A program made the position numbers and the translations under genes. Below the pieces are notes generated by a model, which worked only from the letters and a program-made list of their open reading frames with translations, was not told where the DNA came from and ran no database searches. From Raillietiella orientalis (Eukaryota), in assembly GCA_036172245.1 (NCBI GenBank), contig JAYWIR010000009.1, positions 744,001 through 808,000 of the forward strand: 64,000 nt of DNA. Direction: 5' to 3'. Shown here piece after piece: positions 11,995-22,559 of this stretch (the stretch's first letter is position 1; every line of letters starts with the position of its first letter).

Positions 11995-14959
11995 TCTTCC
12001 TTTGGAGGGGCGGAGGGGGCGGGTCCTCCTCGGGCAGGGCCCTCTCTCCCTTTCCCGCGCCTGAGGACCACCGCCACCACGCATAACGTGCCCGAGCGCA
12101 GAAGCGCCCGTGCCGCGCAGGAGGAGATGAAGAAGAAGAAGAAGAAAAGGAAAGGGGGAAGGCTCAAAATCAGCCAGCAGGGGGCTGGGCGGGTGGTCCG
12201 CTGGAGCAGCGACCCCCCAGGCCTGCGGAGGAGCACTCTTTTCGCGGACGGCCGGGACGGGAGAGGTGCCGAAAGGCGAGGACCGTCGTCGGTCCGCGAA
12301 GACGGTCCTCGAGCGGCCTTCGCCCGCGCAGCTTCCCGAATCTCGACGGCGACTACGCCGGGAGGTTTCGGCCGCCCCTCGGTCCCCTCTCCTTCCGTGC
12401 GTTAACGCGAGGACAGAAGAAGGGTTCCTTCCTCGAGTCGGGATCAAGGAAGTTCGTCTCTTCCTCCAACTTTTCGCGGATATCGGGAAGATGGAAAAAA
12501 TCCCATTTTCATCCGCGCGCGGCAGCGCACGTGTGGCTGCTAATCACCCGCGTAGTTACCGTGCCTTAATACTTGTAATCAACGAGGAATGGATCTCCTG
12601 GAGCTTGTTGGCGAATCTGCTAATGCCTGATTCTGGGTATTCGCCTCTCCTTTTTATTCTTTTTCCCTCCTTTTCCTTTTCCGAGTCGGGGAAATCTGAG
12701 GGAGGAAGGTGAAATCCTCAAATACATATAATTTTCGAGGAACAGAACTCGGCGTGTGATTACAGTCAATGAACTTGGCAATGGCACCATAAATCCGGGG
12801 AGGTATTTAGAAAAAGAAAGGAGAAATCATAATATCGGAGCTTAAAAGCGTAAATGGCTGATGGAAACCTCCCGACGGCTCTCCCAACTCTTCGCGATTG
12901 CATTCTTTCATAGCTGTCGGATCTATCTGCATGCGCGGGCCGTGAGGAATCGCAGAGGCTCGCCGGAGAGACTCCGGTTATCCGGGATTAATTCATCAAA
13001 GAACTCGGGCGAGGGCGCGTTTCCAAGGGCTGCTCCTGGGGCCAGCGGGAGGACCCATCGAGGGGCCGAATCGCGCCTCCCCCCCCCCCTCCATTTCGGC
13101 TCCCCCCGAGCGAGCCGCTCGGCGAGCCATCGGCGAGCGCGGAGCGAAAAAAATCGCCTCCCTCGGAAGTGGCTATTTATAGACGCCCTGATTATTTAAT
13201 TGCGGTTGTTCTTGGGAACGCACTCGAGCAACGCAACAATGCCAACGGTTCCTCGCCGCCCTAAAAATAGCTGCGGGAGGAGAGGGAGGGAGGCCGCGAG
13301 CGGAGCAGCAGCGCTTTTTTCGAGAATGTTCGCGCGGATTCCAGAAGACGTTTCCGATGCTGAAACGGGAAACGCCATCCGAGGTGACCCCCGTGCCCGG
13401 CGGGGCGGCTTCGTCTGCGGCGGCCGGAGCGCTCGGGATCCCCGGTAGGGGCACCGCAGACAGCATGGCGGCGGGTGAGCTTGGGACAGCAGGCGGCGGC
13501 GCGGCGAGCGAGGGGCAGGACGGGAGGCGGGGGCGCCGAGCGGGAGGAGGCGTGCACCCCGACCGGGCAAGGGATGGGCAGCTCGTTCGGTAGCGCCCGC
13601 TCGAGGCCACCAGAGGAATCCTTCCCTCCCTCCGATCGCGTCTTCGGCCGCTCACAGGAAGGCACGAGACCTTCAGGACGGGACAGCAGTCTCCGAGGCG
13701 CACGGGAAGAGGAGGCTGCCTGGGGCTGGGGACAGCAAGATGCAGGGGAGCTGCCGCGAGATGAGCGGGCAGAGGGGGGCCGCACGCAAGGACCGAATCG
13801 TGGCAGGGAGGGTCGCCACACTCTATTCACGGTGCTCGCGGGCACGCGGAAGGCGAAATCTGTGCAGCGTGCGCGCATCTTGTTCTTGCAGCGTGTTAGG
13901 GCACAGGAGGCTGGTGAAAAGCTAGGGATGGGGAGGGGAGTGCAATCCCCTCCTCCTCCTGCACGACTTGAGAGCGATTCCGGGGATCCGCTGGCGCCAA
14001 GGCTCGCCTCGAAGCCGATGTCGTCCTTGGAATGCGTTTTTCGACTCCTCCTTGGCTCTTGCCCCCGATCACTCCGAATGGCGGCCTCCGATACCGATCG
14101 CTCTGTGTGAGTGAGGGTGGGGTGGCGACGAGGCGATCCATCTTGAAAGTGGAGTGTGAGCAATGCGGGGGGCTCGGAAAGGCGGCCCCATCTCCTCGGT
14201 TCCAAGCCCTGCAAGTCCGACTCCCAGAATCAGCATCCTGTGGCCGCCACGTAGTCGCTCCAGCTAGAACATTTCGGGAATTTGCCAGACATCGGGAATG
14301 ATGGGGGTGGGAGCCGGGTTCCTTGAAGGGATGGGGGGGGGGAAGAGAATTTCAGTTTCAGAAGGGATCGTCGGCGCCTCCGACAGCACGCTACTCTGGC
14401 ACCACAGAGTTCTCGCAGTGACGGCGCGGATGATGCGCTTGCCCAAGGGAAAGGAGAGGTCCCCCGCGCGACGCACCCTTGCGGAAGAGGATGTCGCGGT
14501 ATGGAAGGGGAAGGGCATCCGGAAGAGGCCGCCATCTGGACGTCTCCGCTAGCCACTCCGCGACAACCGCGCTCACTGACGGGAGGGGGCCGCCCCCTTG
14601 ACGCAGCCGCCTCGCGAAGCAGATCACCGGGGCGCGGGCGGATTTTTCTGCTCCCTCCCTCCTTCACCCTCATTCCACACTGTGGACTCCGTCGGTGGTT
14701 GGACCGACTCGCGTCCCCTCCTGACCTTCCTTTCGGGCGATCGGATGACCGAGCAGGGTCCTCCGCGTCACCCCTGCCTCATCCCTCCATCTCTCCGAAA
14801 AGAAAGGAGGATAAATCCATCTGGAAGGAACTCCCGTTCAGGGCGCCTCCCAGAGTTCCTCTTAGGAACCATTTCAAAGAGAAGCAAGGAACCTCTGTGG
14901 CCATGGATACCGCGCACGCGCGCGAGCAGGTATATATTTTTTTTTTTTTTTTTTTTTTT

Positions 14960-15720
14960 TGCGAGAGGGCGTTCGTCAGAACTGGCCCTCGGGTCGGTCC
15001 CCTACGGGACCGCGGCCGGTTCCTGGAGGTGCACTCGAAAATGCCTCTTAGCGCCTGTGGCGGAATGGAGCTCTGGAAAGAGGGAGATCCAGGGGGCGGT
15101 TCGCGACACACAATTGTCGAACTACCCCCGGTCCACTGCCACTGCCCTTCTGTGGGACGGCGGGAACTCTCCCGCACTGACTGCTGGAATGTGGGAGGCT
15201 GCTAGGGTCCAGGGATGGGGAGACACTTCGGTCCCGTAGTGCCGCCGCCAAGAGATCTTGGAGAGACGCCCACGTCTCCAGGCTTGCCGGTTGCCACGCC
15301 GCTGGCGATCTTCCGCCACGAACGAGCCACGGTGATCGTCAAGATGAAGGGAGGAGAAATGCGGTCGACAACCCGGAGAGCTGTTGGCGATTGCCATCGC
15401 CCACATGGGGGGAGAGAAGGAATGGCTCCATACGGGAAGTGGGGTATGAGAGAGCCTCCGAATTCCTGTGGGCACACTAACCCAAAACCGGTGAGTACCA
15501 CCGTCCCTTCCGTCTCTTCCCTGCCTCACGCAGACCTTCGGGAATCAAGGGGAATGCCGTGAGGCCGGTCCATCCCTTTTCCTATTTATTTATTTATTTA
15601 TTCCTTGTCCCCCTCTCTTCTCCCTTCACTCCTCCCTAGTTCTGTTCCCTGCTGGCACGAGCCCAAAGGGATTACCCTTTAGGCTCGGGCCGGCGCATGT
15701 CGACATCTTTGGTTTAGACA
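14960..15720 (+). mobile_element. 3' portion of a non-LTR-like dispersed repeat (pairs with 40275-41100)
   Basis: Collinear blocks shared with the reverse complement of 40275-41100: ACTGCCACTGCCC, TTGC.ATCGCCCA, TCGGGAATC, (TATT)n and TCGGGCCGGC.CAT. Confidence 0.6.
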
Positions 15721-16619
15721 CCGAGTCGAGCCATCCTTTAGGGGCTGCAGACAAGATCCGCAGCGGGGAGGAAGAAAATGAAGAAGCAAATATATATATA
15801 TATATATTTTAATGGTTGGAGAGCGGGCAAGGGAAGGGGCCGCTCGCTCCGTCGCTTCCTCTGCGTCACACGCAAGCTCCACCTGATGGACTCGTCGCGA
15901 TCCCCACGAACGCCCTTGCCAAGTGAACGGTTTGCCCGCCATCTCTGGGTGTCGACGCGACGCCACGACGCGCAGGCGGGCAGCAGCAGCGCACGGCCCT
16001 CCGCACGTGGAGACGCGCTTCAGCAACGTCACCGGGATTGCCCACCGGGATGGAAGGTCCCCCGATTTCTGGAGGGCAACACGACGCACCAGCAGGTGCG
16101 GGAGGGCGCATTCCACCCCAACTCGCGCCTGGCCGGTGGTGCCGCCACTTCAGGGAAGGAGAGATCCGTCCGCCATCCCCCGGGGGCGCCTGCAGCTCGT
16201 CCGATGCGGTGCGGAAGAGTCCAGCCCAGCGAGCAAGTCCTTCGACAGGGGCGGGTCACTACACCGCTCTCGGCACTCGCGTCTCCTGGAACACTCCAGG
16301 GGGTCTTCCGTGGTGGAACTTTGACGTTGCTGCGTCAGCAAGCTGACCGCTGGGTCCGGCAGTTGTGCTTTCCGGGAGGCAGTGGGAAACCGCTCTCCTC
16401 ATGGGGTTTCGAAAATCTTTCGACTGCCTGAATAAATAGGTTGGGATCAGAATTAACTCTAGGCGTAACACTCCACAGATCATATCGATGCACTCTTCAT
16501 GGGACACCACCCTCAGGGTTTTACTGCATGCTCTTTTTGATTTGTTTACTCCCTCTATAGGAACTGGGGTGCTTCCGTAGGTTCCCCTTCGGCCTGCCAA
16601 CTCCATTGAGTTTTGTTGG

Positions 16620-16980
16620 CTACGTCCGTGCTGCGAAGAAGGGGCTGGCGCGGGAGAATGAGGTGATTTGCGTTGAGCTCTCGGTCCGAAGTCCGCTCAC
16701 GAAGTCCACACGTCCCGGGAACGCTGGGTGTCCGAGCACGCCGTTTTGTTTTTCTTCTTCTTTGCTTCGATTTGATTTGGTTGACCCAATCGTGCGTTCG
16801 GAGCCTTCTAGCTCTTCCAGTGATCCGTTGCTGGCCCCGCGAACGTCGCGGGCGCTCGTGGAGAGCCTGCGGCTGCGCTTCCTCTTCCCACCCTGCTCCC
16901 TCTGTTGCTGCCTCCGGCGAACCCCCGTGGCCACAAAGGGAGCGAGGAGAACAGATGATCTGCTCTCGGTCGCTCCCCGG
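16620..16980 (+). repeat. ~360-bp repeat, left member of an inverted pair
   Basis: Reverse complement of ~18810-19180. Exact 52-bp block at 16706-16757 and exact 21-bp block at 16664-16684; the remainder is roughly 80% identical by eye, with indels. Confidence 0.9.
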
Positions 16981-18279
16981 GGGGCTTCCGCATCCGCCGG
17001 CGCTGGAGTGGTCGACCCGCGGAAACGGAGCGATGCCTCCCGCGGGACGCGGAGGCTGCCGGGATGCGGACTGCTCTCACGGCATCGGCGGCAGCGCGTC
17101 TGGCACGCCGAGTGGTCGAAGACTGCGAGTTCCCTCTTCGCGGTGGCCGAGAATGTCACCTCCGCGGATGCTGCGCGTTTCGCGTGATGCGTCGTCCCGC
17201 TGTCCGGCGCTCCCGGCTTCCGGACGCTTCATCGATCTGGACGAAGGAGCCGTTCTTGAAGTAGGTAAAAAGTGGATCGTGCAGGAGCATCCCGGAGAAG
17301 GGCAATAATGGGGACACGTTACGAGATGATTGCTCCTGAGAGGAGGAAGAGCTCATTTCTACCGGGATCAACTGGGAATAAACGTAACAAGGAAAACGCG
17401 AAGCGAAAAAACGACCTGCGTTTCATCCTCCGGGAGCAGCGAGTGATCTCGACTAATTACGGAGAGAACGCTCAAAGAGGACGCTAGGAAGGGGAGGAAG
17501 GAAGGGTGGAGAGGGGGAAGGAAGGAAAGACCTCTGCTACCTCGGCGGGGGAAGTCGTGCTTGCGGTCCAACGAGCACCCACCTCCAGGAAAGGGACGGG
17601 GGCGAGGAAGAACCGCCGGGGAACCCGAAGAGCTCGGTACTGACGGTGTCCTCCCGGCTTGACGGCACCCCCGGGGATGCAGCCAATTCTTCCTCCCCCC
17701 CCTCCCCGTTTCGGAATCTCCGCATGCTTCCGGCTTCGGCGGTTCCGCGAGAAGCCCCTTCTGACGAAGGGTCGCGTGCCGTCCTCCTTCCCCCTCCCGA
17801 ACTCCCTCCTCCCGCGAATCTCCCGTCGCAGCCGCGGGCTCTCGGAGGAGGCAAAGGGAGAGCAGTTTTGTCGCCCGGCGACGCCGGAGGGTCTGTTCCA
17901 GAGCAAACAAACAAACAAGTCGGGAAGGCCGTTCCCGAAACGAAAACAATACGAGGAACCTCTGAGGGAAGGGTCATCGGCGCGCGGGTCGGTCGCTGGG
18001 ACAGTCTGAGGCGGGGAGGATGGCAAACAAAGGGGAGAGGGGGAGGGATTCTCGGCTCCTTTGTCCTCGGCGCCGGCGACTCTGCTCCCGATTTCCTCTT
18101 TCCGGAGAGGCCGCCGCGCAGACGACCTCCCTCCTCTGGGCGTCCCGGCATCCAGCACGTCGCGCGGGCCGCGACGGCGCGACCCGACCGAACCACCTGG
18201 TGGCTGCTGGCTTCCTCCGAGGTATCGTTCGGGACAGCTGACGCTCGTCGAAGCGGAAGGGAAGAGGGGATTCTCGTCC

Positions 18280-18700
18280 GGTGAAGCGAATGACCGGGAC
18301 CGAGATGACCTCGACCTATTCTCACTCTTGGAATGGGTGGGAAGTCCGGCGAATGTCGAAGCTCGGACCATGGGTCCCACGGGCACCCGGTGGGTCCATT
18401 GCGGTAAGCAGAACTGGCTCTGGATCACGACGCCCGACGAGACTCCCGTCAGATTCCTGAAAGGTATCCATGGACAGCAGGATGGTGGCCGCGGAAGTCG
18501 GAATCCGTCGAGGGGTGTCAGCAGCAACCCACCAGCCGGAGCAACCGACGCTGAAAGATGGATGGCGCTCATCTTCCAGGACAGAGCCGTTCCTGCCTTC
18601 TGGCTCGCTGCCGCCGGAGGACGGCAGGCATACCAGGTGCTGGCGAGTGGGAGTATAGTGACAGAAGGGCTGGATCCCGAGCTCTCCTGGACCCGCCGTC
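18280..18700 (+). mobile_element. Possible LINE ORF1 (gag-like) remnant between the inverted repeats
   Basis: DLFSLLEWVGSPANVEARTMGPTGTRWVHC resembles the L..xG.V....TGTRxV segment of L1/Tx1 ORF1. No intact zinc knuckle is present. Confidence 0.3.
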
Positions 18701-18809
18701 GGAGCAGATCTTGGTAGAGGGGGGGGGGGAGGGATGCTCCAGCAACAACCCGAAGGTCTGATGCGGAGGAAGGGTCCATGCGAACAGCCCCTGGGCTTTA
18801 TTAATCCCT

Positions 18810-19180
18810 AGTGCCAGGGGACGACCGGGAGCAAATCATCTGCCCTCCTCGCTTTCTTTGCGGTCGCGAGAGATTGCCGGCGGCGGCAACAGAGGGGACA
18901 GGGTGGGAGGAGGAAGCACAGCTGCAGGTTCCCGGAAGAGCTGGAAGGTTCCGAACTCACGGGTGGGTCAAAGCGAATCGAATCGGAGCAGAGAAGAGGA
19001 AGAAAAACAAAACGGCGTGCTCGGACACCCAGCGTTCCCGGGACGTGTGGTAACAACCCTGAAGAACTTCGAGAGCGCAGGTCGCGGAGGGCGGATCGGC
19101 CGAGAGCTCAACGCAAATCAGTCCCTTCTGCGCCATCCCCTCCCTTTCCCTTTCCTTCTCCTTGGCGCGGACGCAGCATC
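18810..19180 (-). repeat. ~370-bp repeat, right member of the inverted pair
   Basis: Exact reverse-complement blocks at 18999-19050 and 19100-19120 match 16706-16757 and 16664-16684. Confidence 0.9.
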
Positions 19181-19808
19181 CTGCTGCCTACCGAGATTCC
19201 GCCTGGAGCGAAGAACGGCCGCAGTCGATCCTTGGCAGTGTCGTCCTGGCTCAGGAGTGCTGGAAGGAGAGCAGCGGCAGACACCGAAACGCGGGGCATT
19301 GCAGTGGGAAGTAGGTGGGGGTAACTTCCTCCGCCAGTCTCAGAAACGGCCCCATCCGTGCTCGTGGCCACGGGGCGCTCCTGCCGAGTCCAACAAAATG
19401 CGCCGCCTCGCACCTGTGTTGTCGTCGGCTCGCGTCACGATGACGTCACTCTGCCAGCAGCTGCACTCCGCTGGCTCTGCTTAGTGCCCCATCCCCATCC
19501 TACCCTGACTCACCCCTCCCTCATCTTGCCATCCCTCCTTTTCCTCTTCGGTGTGTCTCGAGCTCCCTCTGCGAGCTCTGGTGGGAACGACAGGTGGAAA
19601 GGAAATTTAGGATGTTCAAGGATCTTCCTCGAGCCTCGCCGGTTTGGCAGGACTCCCCTGAAGCCCCTTCCAACGCAGCGGCCGCCTTTGACCGATCGGG
19701 ACCGCAACCGCGGAGGAAGAGAGCGCAAGCGAACTCCAGAAAAGGGAGGGAGGAAGGAGCGAGCGAACTCTTTCGACACCGGCGCGGCTGCGCTGCCCAA
19801 GAAGCGAA

Positions 19809-20424
19809 CTCGCTTGGGCGGTTGCGTGGCTGCGGTCTCCGCTCACCGTGCCAACCGTCTCAGGTTTGAATCCCACCCAGGGAAGGACCGATGCCGAGAA
19901 CGGGGGTGCGTCGTGGGTTCCGAGACCCTCCGCAAGATAACGCTGGTTGGCCTATTCGGGTGCGAGTCGCTGGTGCACGCCGGCAGCCCAATGCTTCCTT
20001 TGACTGTCCGGGATTGGAAGTGGACCCTTCGGGGTCCTTCCAGGAATCAAGGATCCAGTTCCCTTCGGGCATCCTACCCTCCCCCCTCTCCTTCAGTTGT
20101 GCAAATGGAGCCGCCCATCGCATACTATGGAGCTGGTGGATTCATGATGCCTCTCCAGAATGTCAAGAAGCGTGCTGCTTCCTTCGGGAAGCGACCCTTC
20201 GGAGAAATTGGGAAGCATTTCTTCGGAGTTCTCTTCAGAGGAGGAGCGATTTCCTTGCGGGTTTTCTCTGGATACAGTCGGGAAGAGACCCTTCCCCAGT
20301 GTGAGAGCAACGGACTCCTTCCTCCGGAATCCTTCTTGGACTCATGAAGTGGTCCCCTCCCGGGGTACCCCCTAACTTGAAGGGTCAACACACATCCTCG
20401 GGTGGCGTGGAGCAGCGTTAAAGA
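19809..20424 (+). mobile_element. tRNA-derived SINE-like repeat, copy 3 (sense orientation, with head)
   Basis: Head GGCGGTTGCGTGGCTGCGGTCTCCGC...CAGGTTTGAATCCC has a box B-like motif at 19863-19874 and aligns with the heads of copies 2 and 4. Hairpins GGACCC-TTCG-GGGTCC (20022-20037) and GCTTCC-TTCG-GGAAGC (20177-20192). The 3' block CGGGTGGCGTG is shared with copies 1 and 4. Confidence 0.85.
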
Positions 20425-21789
20425 AGCGAGCGGAAAACGCGCGCTTCGAACGTAGCAATCACCATCAGCTTGGACCAATGAGGCGGCCGTATGCAGGGAG
20501 GGGCGCCAACACGTGAGGAGAAGTGGGCGCGGCCCAGACGCACTCCGCAGCCCACCTCTCGGAGCTCCTGAGGTTCGCCCTGCGAAACGCGTCCTCCCCC
20601 CCCCCGTTCGTGCTTCCCATGTGTTGCCGCGACGCGTGGGAAGGAAGGGGCAGCCCCTTGATGCTCGTCGGGACGGGAATGAGCGCCCGGGAATCGACGA
20701 CTGCTTCCCGGAGGGCGCCTCCAGCCGTGGATCCCCTCGTCCGGGGAAGTCGGACCATCCGCTTGAAAAAAAAATAAAAAGGACTGCAGCTGGATAAGGG
20801 CCGGCCCGACGTCCGCCGAGGGCGGAGGATCTAGGGAGGAGTCGAGGGAGAGGAGGAATAGGGAATGGAAGGGACCAGTCCTTCGGTACCGAAGACGCTT
20901 CTTGAGGGTCTGCGTGGGGCCGGAAATGGAAGGGAAGAGCAGGGCCAGCCGAAATCGCGCAGGGGTTCCCTGGGACATCGTAGCCAGGATCGGGCTATTC
21001 CCTCGATCTTCGCACGCTGGAAGTGGCGATCTCAAACGGCGGCTCTTCGAGATGGAGGCGGTAGGGACGTCCGTCTCTGCAGCTGCCACCACGTGACGGT
21101 GGAAACCCCAGCCGTGAGCTGGAGCGATGGCGCGACAGGGAAGGCACGCCAATCCCCCACCTCCCCTCCTTCCGAAGCGTTAGCTTGGAGGTTTGACGGA
21201 AGCCGAGCGTCGAATGCGTCCTGCCCGCTTCACCACGTTCATCCTTCCAGGAGCCGGGAATCTCCCCTGGGGCGCTCCAGCGTCCGGTTTTTCTCGGAAG
21301 CACTCGTTGAAAGCCACAGCAAGGCTCGCTCGGGGGAGGAGGAGGAGTCCAGGTGGGGCCCTCAGCTTCGAAGGAAACGGTGGAACCGAACGAGGACGCC
21401 CGACTCGCGAGCCGGCCGGGCAGCGAGACCGGGGCGCGTGAGCGGAAAGGGGACGAGAAAGCATCTCCGCGTGCCTGTGCGCGCGCTCTGGGGCATCCTC
21501 CATCTCACCAGGAGCGAGCGAGCGCGCTCCTCCCCGATTGCGTTCTGTGCAGGAAGGGGGGAGGAGGGCATGTCGACTCCCCCCCTCCCCCCCTTGCGAC
21601 CTCTGCGGAGAGAAAGAGGCGACTTGCTCGAACTGCCGTCCGCGCCCCACCCGGCCGAGAGTCACCTCAACGCAGTGAAGGCGATCAGCGGTTGCGGCGG
21701 AGCCTGGTAGGCATGTCTCCCCACATCCCCCCCCCCCCTAGTCACGTGGGGGCGTTCATTTGGAAATGAACTCTCAAGTCGGGAAGCCA

Positions 21790-22550
21790 GTGCCCAGGAA
21801 AGAGCAAAAAGAAGTTCTCCGGGGATTGCCACCGGCAAGCAGGCCAGCTTTTGAGGAAGTCCGTAGAGGGAAGGGAAAGAACAACAATAAATAATTGAAA
21901 GAGGATGGGAAAGGGTAGAGACTTGCCTTAAACCATTCTCTGCTTCCTAAGAACGACACTGAATGGAGGCGATTGATCACCCTGGAGAATTCTTCCTGCA
22001 GGTGAGGGTCACCTCTCAGCCGTCCTCGCAAAGGAGGCTGTCATGCGGGTGGGCTCTCCCATAGCTGCTCCCGGAACTCCAGCACATGGCAAGTCGCGAT
22101 GATGGCGCGGACGCAGCATCTCGTTGCCATTACGGCGCCTGCCGTCAGTCTGCCTTGCGGGAAGCGCCGCAGCAAGCCCTTAGCGGCGACCTCCGGGTGC
22201 AGGAGCGATGAAGACGGCCTCCGCCACAGTTCGCGGAGAGTCCGAAAGCAGGTGCAGGAACGATTCAATCACCCTGGACAGGGAACAGTTCGGAGGATGC
22301 AGCTCTCCTGGAAATCCCAGGACAGGATCAGCGGCACGTCCTATGATGGGCGAACCACTCAGGATCCTCCCTTTCCCGCTATAGAGGTCAGCCCGACGAG
22401 ATGCGACCGAGTCGTCGTTGACTCCGGCCTCGAATCGCCACCAGAGTCCGCTGTGATTTCCGCCGCCACCAGCGCTTTTCCCAACACTGCGATCCTCGTG
22501 TCCTCCGCATCCCGCGAACCATACTCGAGCCGAACCTTTCAGTGGTGCAG
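21790..22550 (-). mobile_element. L1/Tx1-like LINE 3' fragment
   Basis: NCSLSRVIESFLHLLSD is a degenerate CCHC finger. After a frameshift, LWRRPSSSLLHPEV...CCVRAIIA matches LWDRLSSILLLPVG...CCVRGILA of 6848-7225. Its 3' UTR is homologous to 22560-22680. Confidence 0.7.
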
Positions 22551-22559
22551 CGACCAATC

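Noticed and set aside
17160..17371. Candidate minus-strand exon (acceptor TTCCCAG, donor GAG|GTGACA, one open frame)
   Set aside because: The peptide is unrecognisable, the donor is weak and no partner exons were found.
17484..18779. 431-aa minus-strand ORF
   Set aside because: It has no recognisable domain and is antisense to a possible gag-like remnant.
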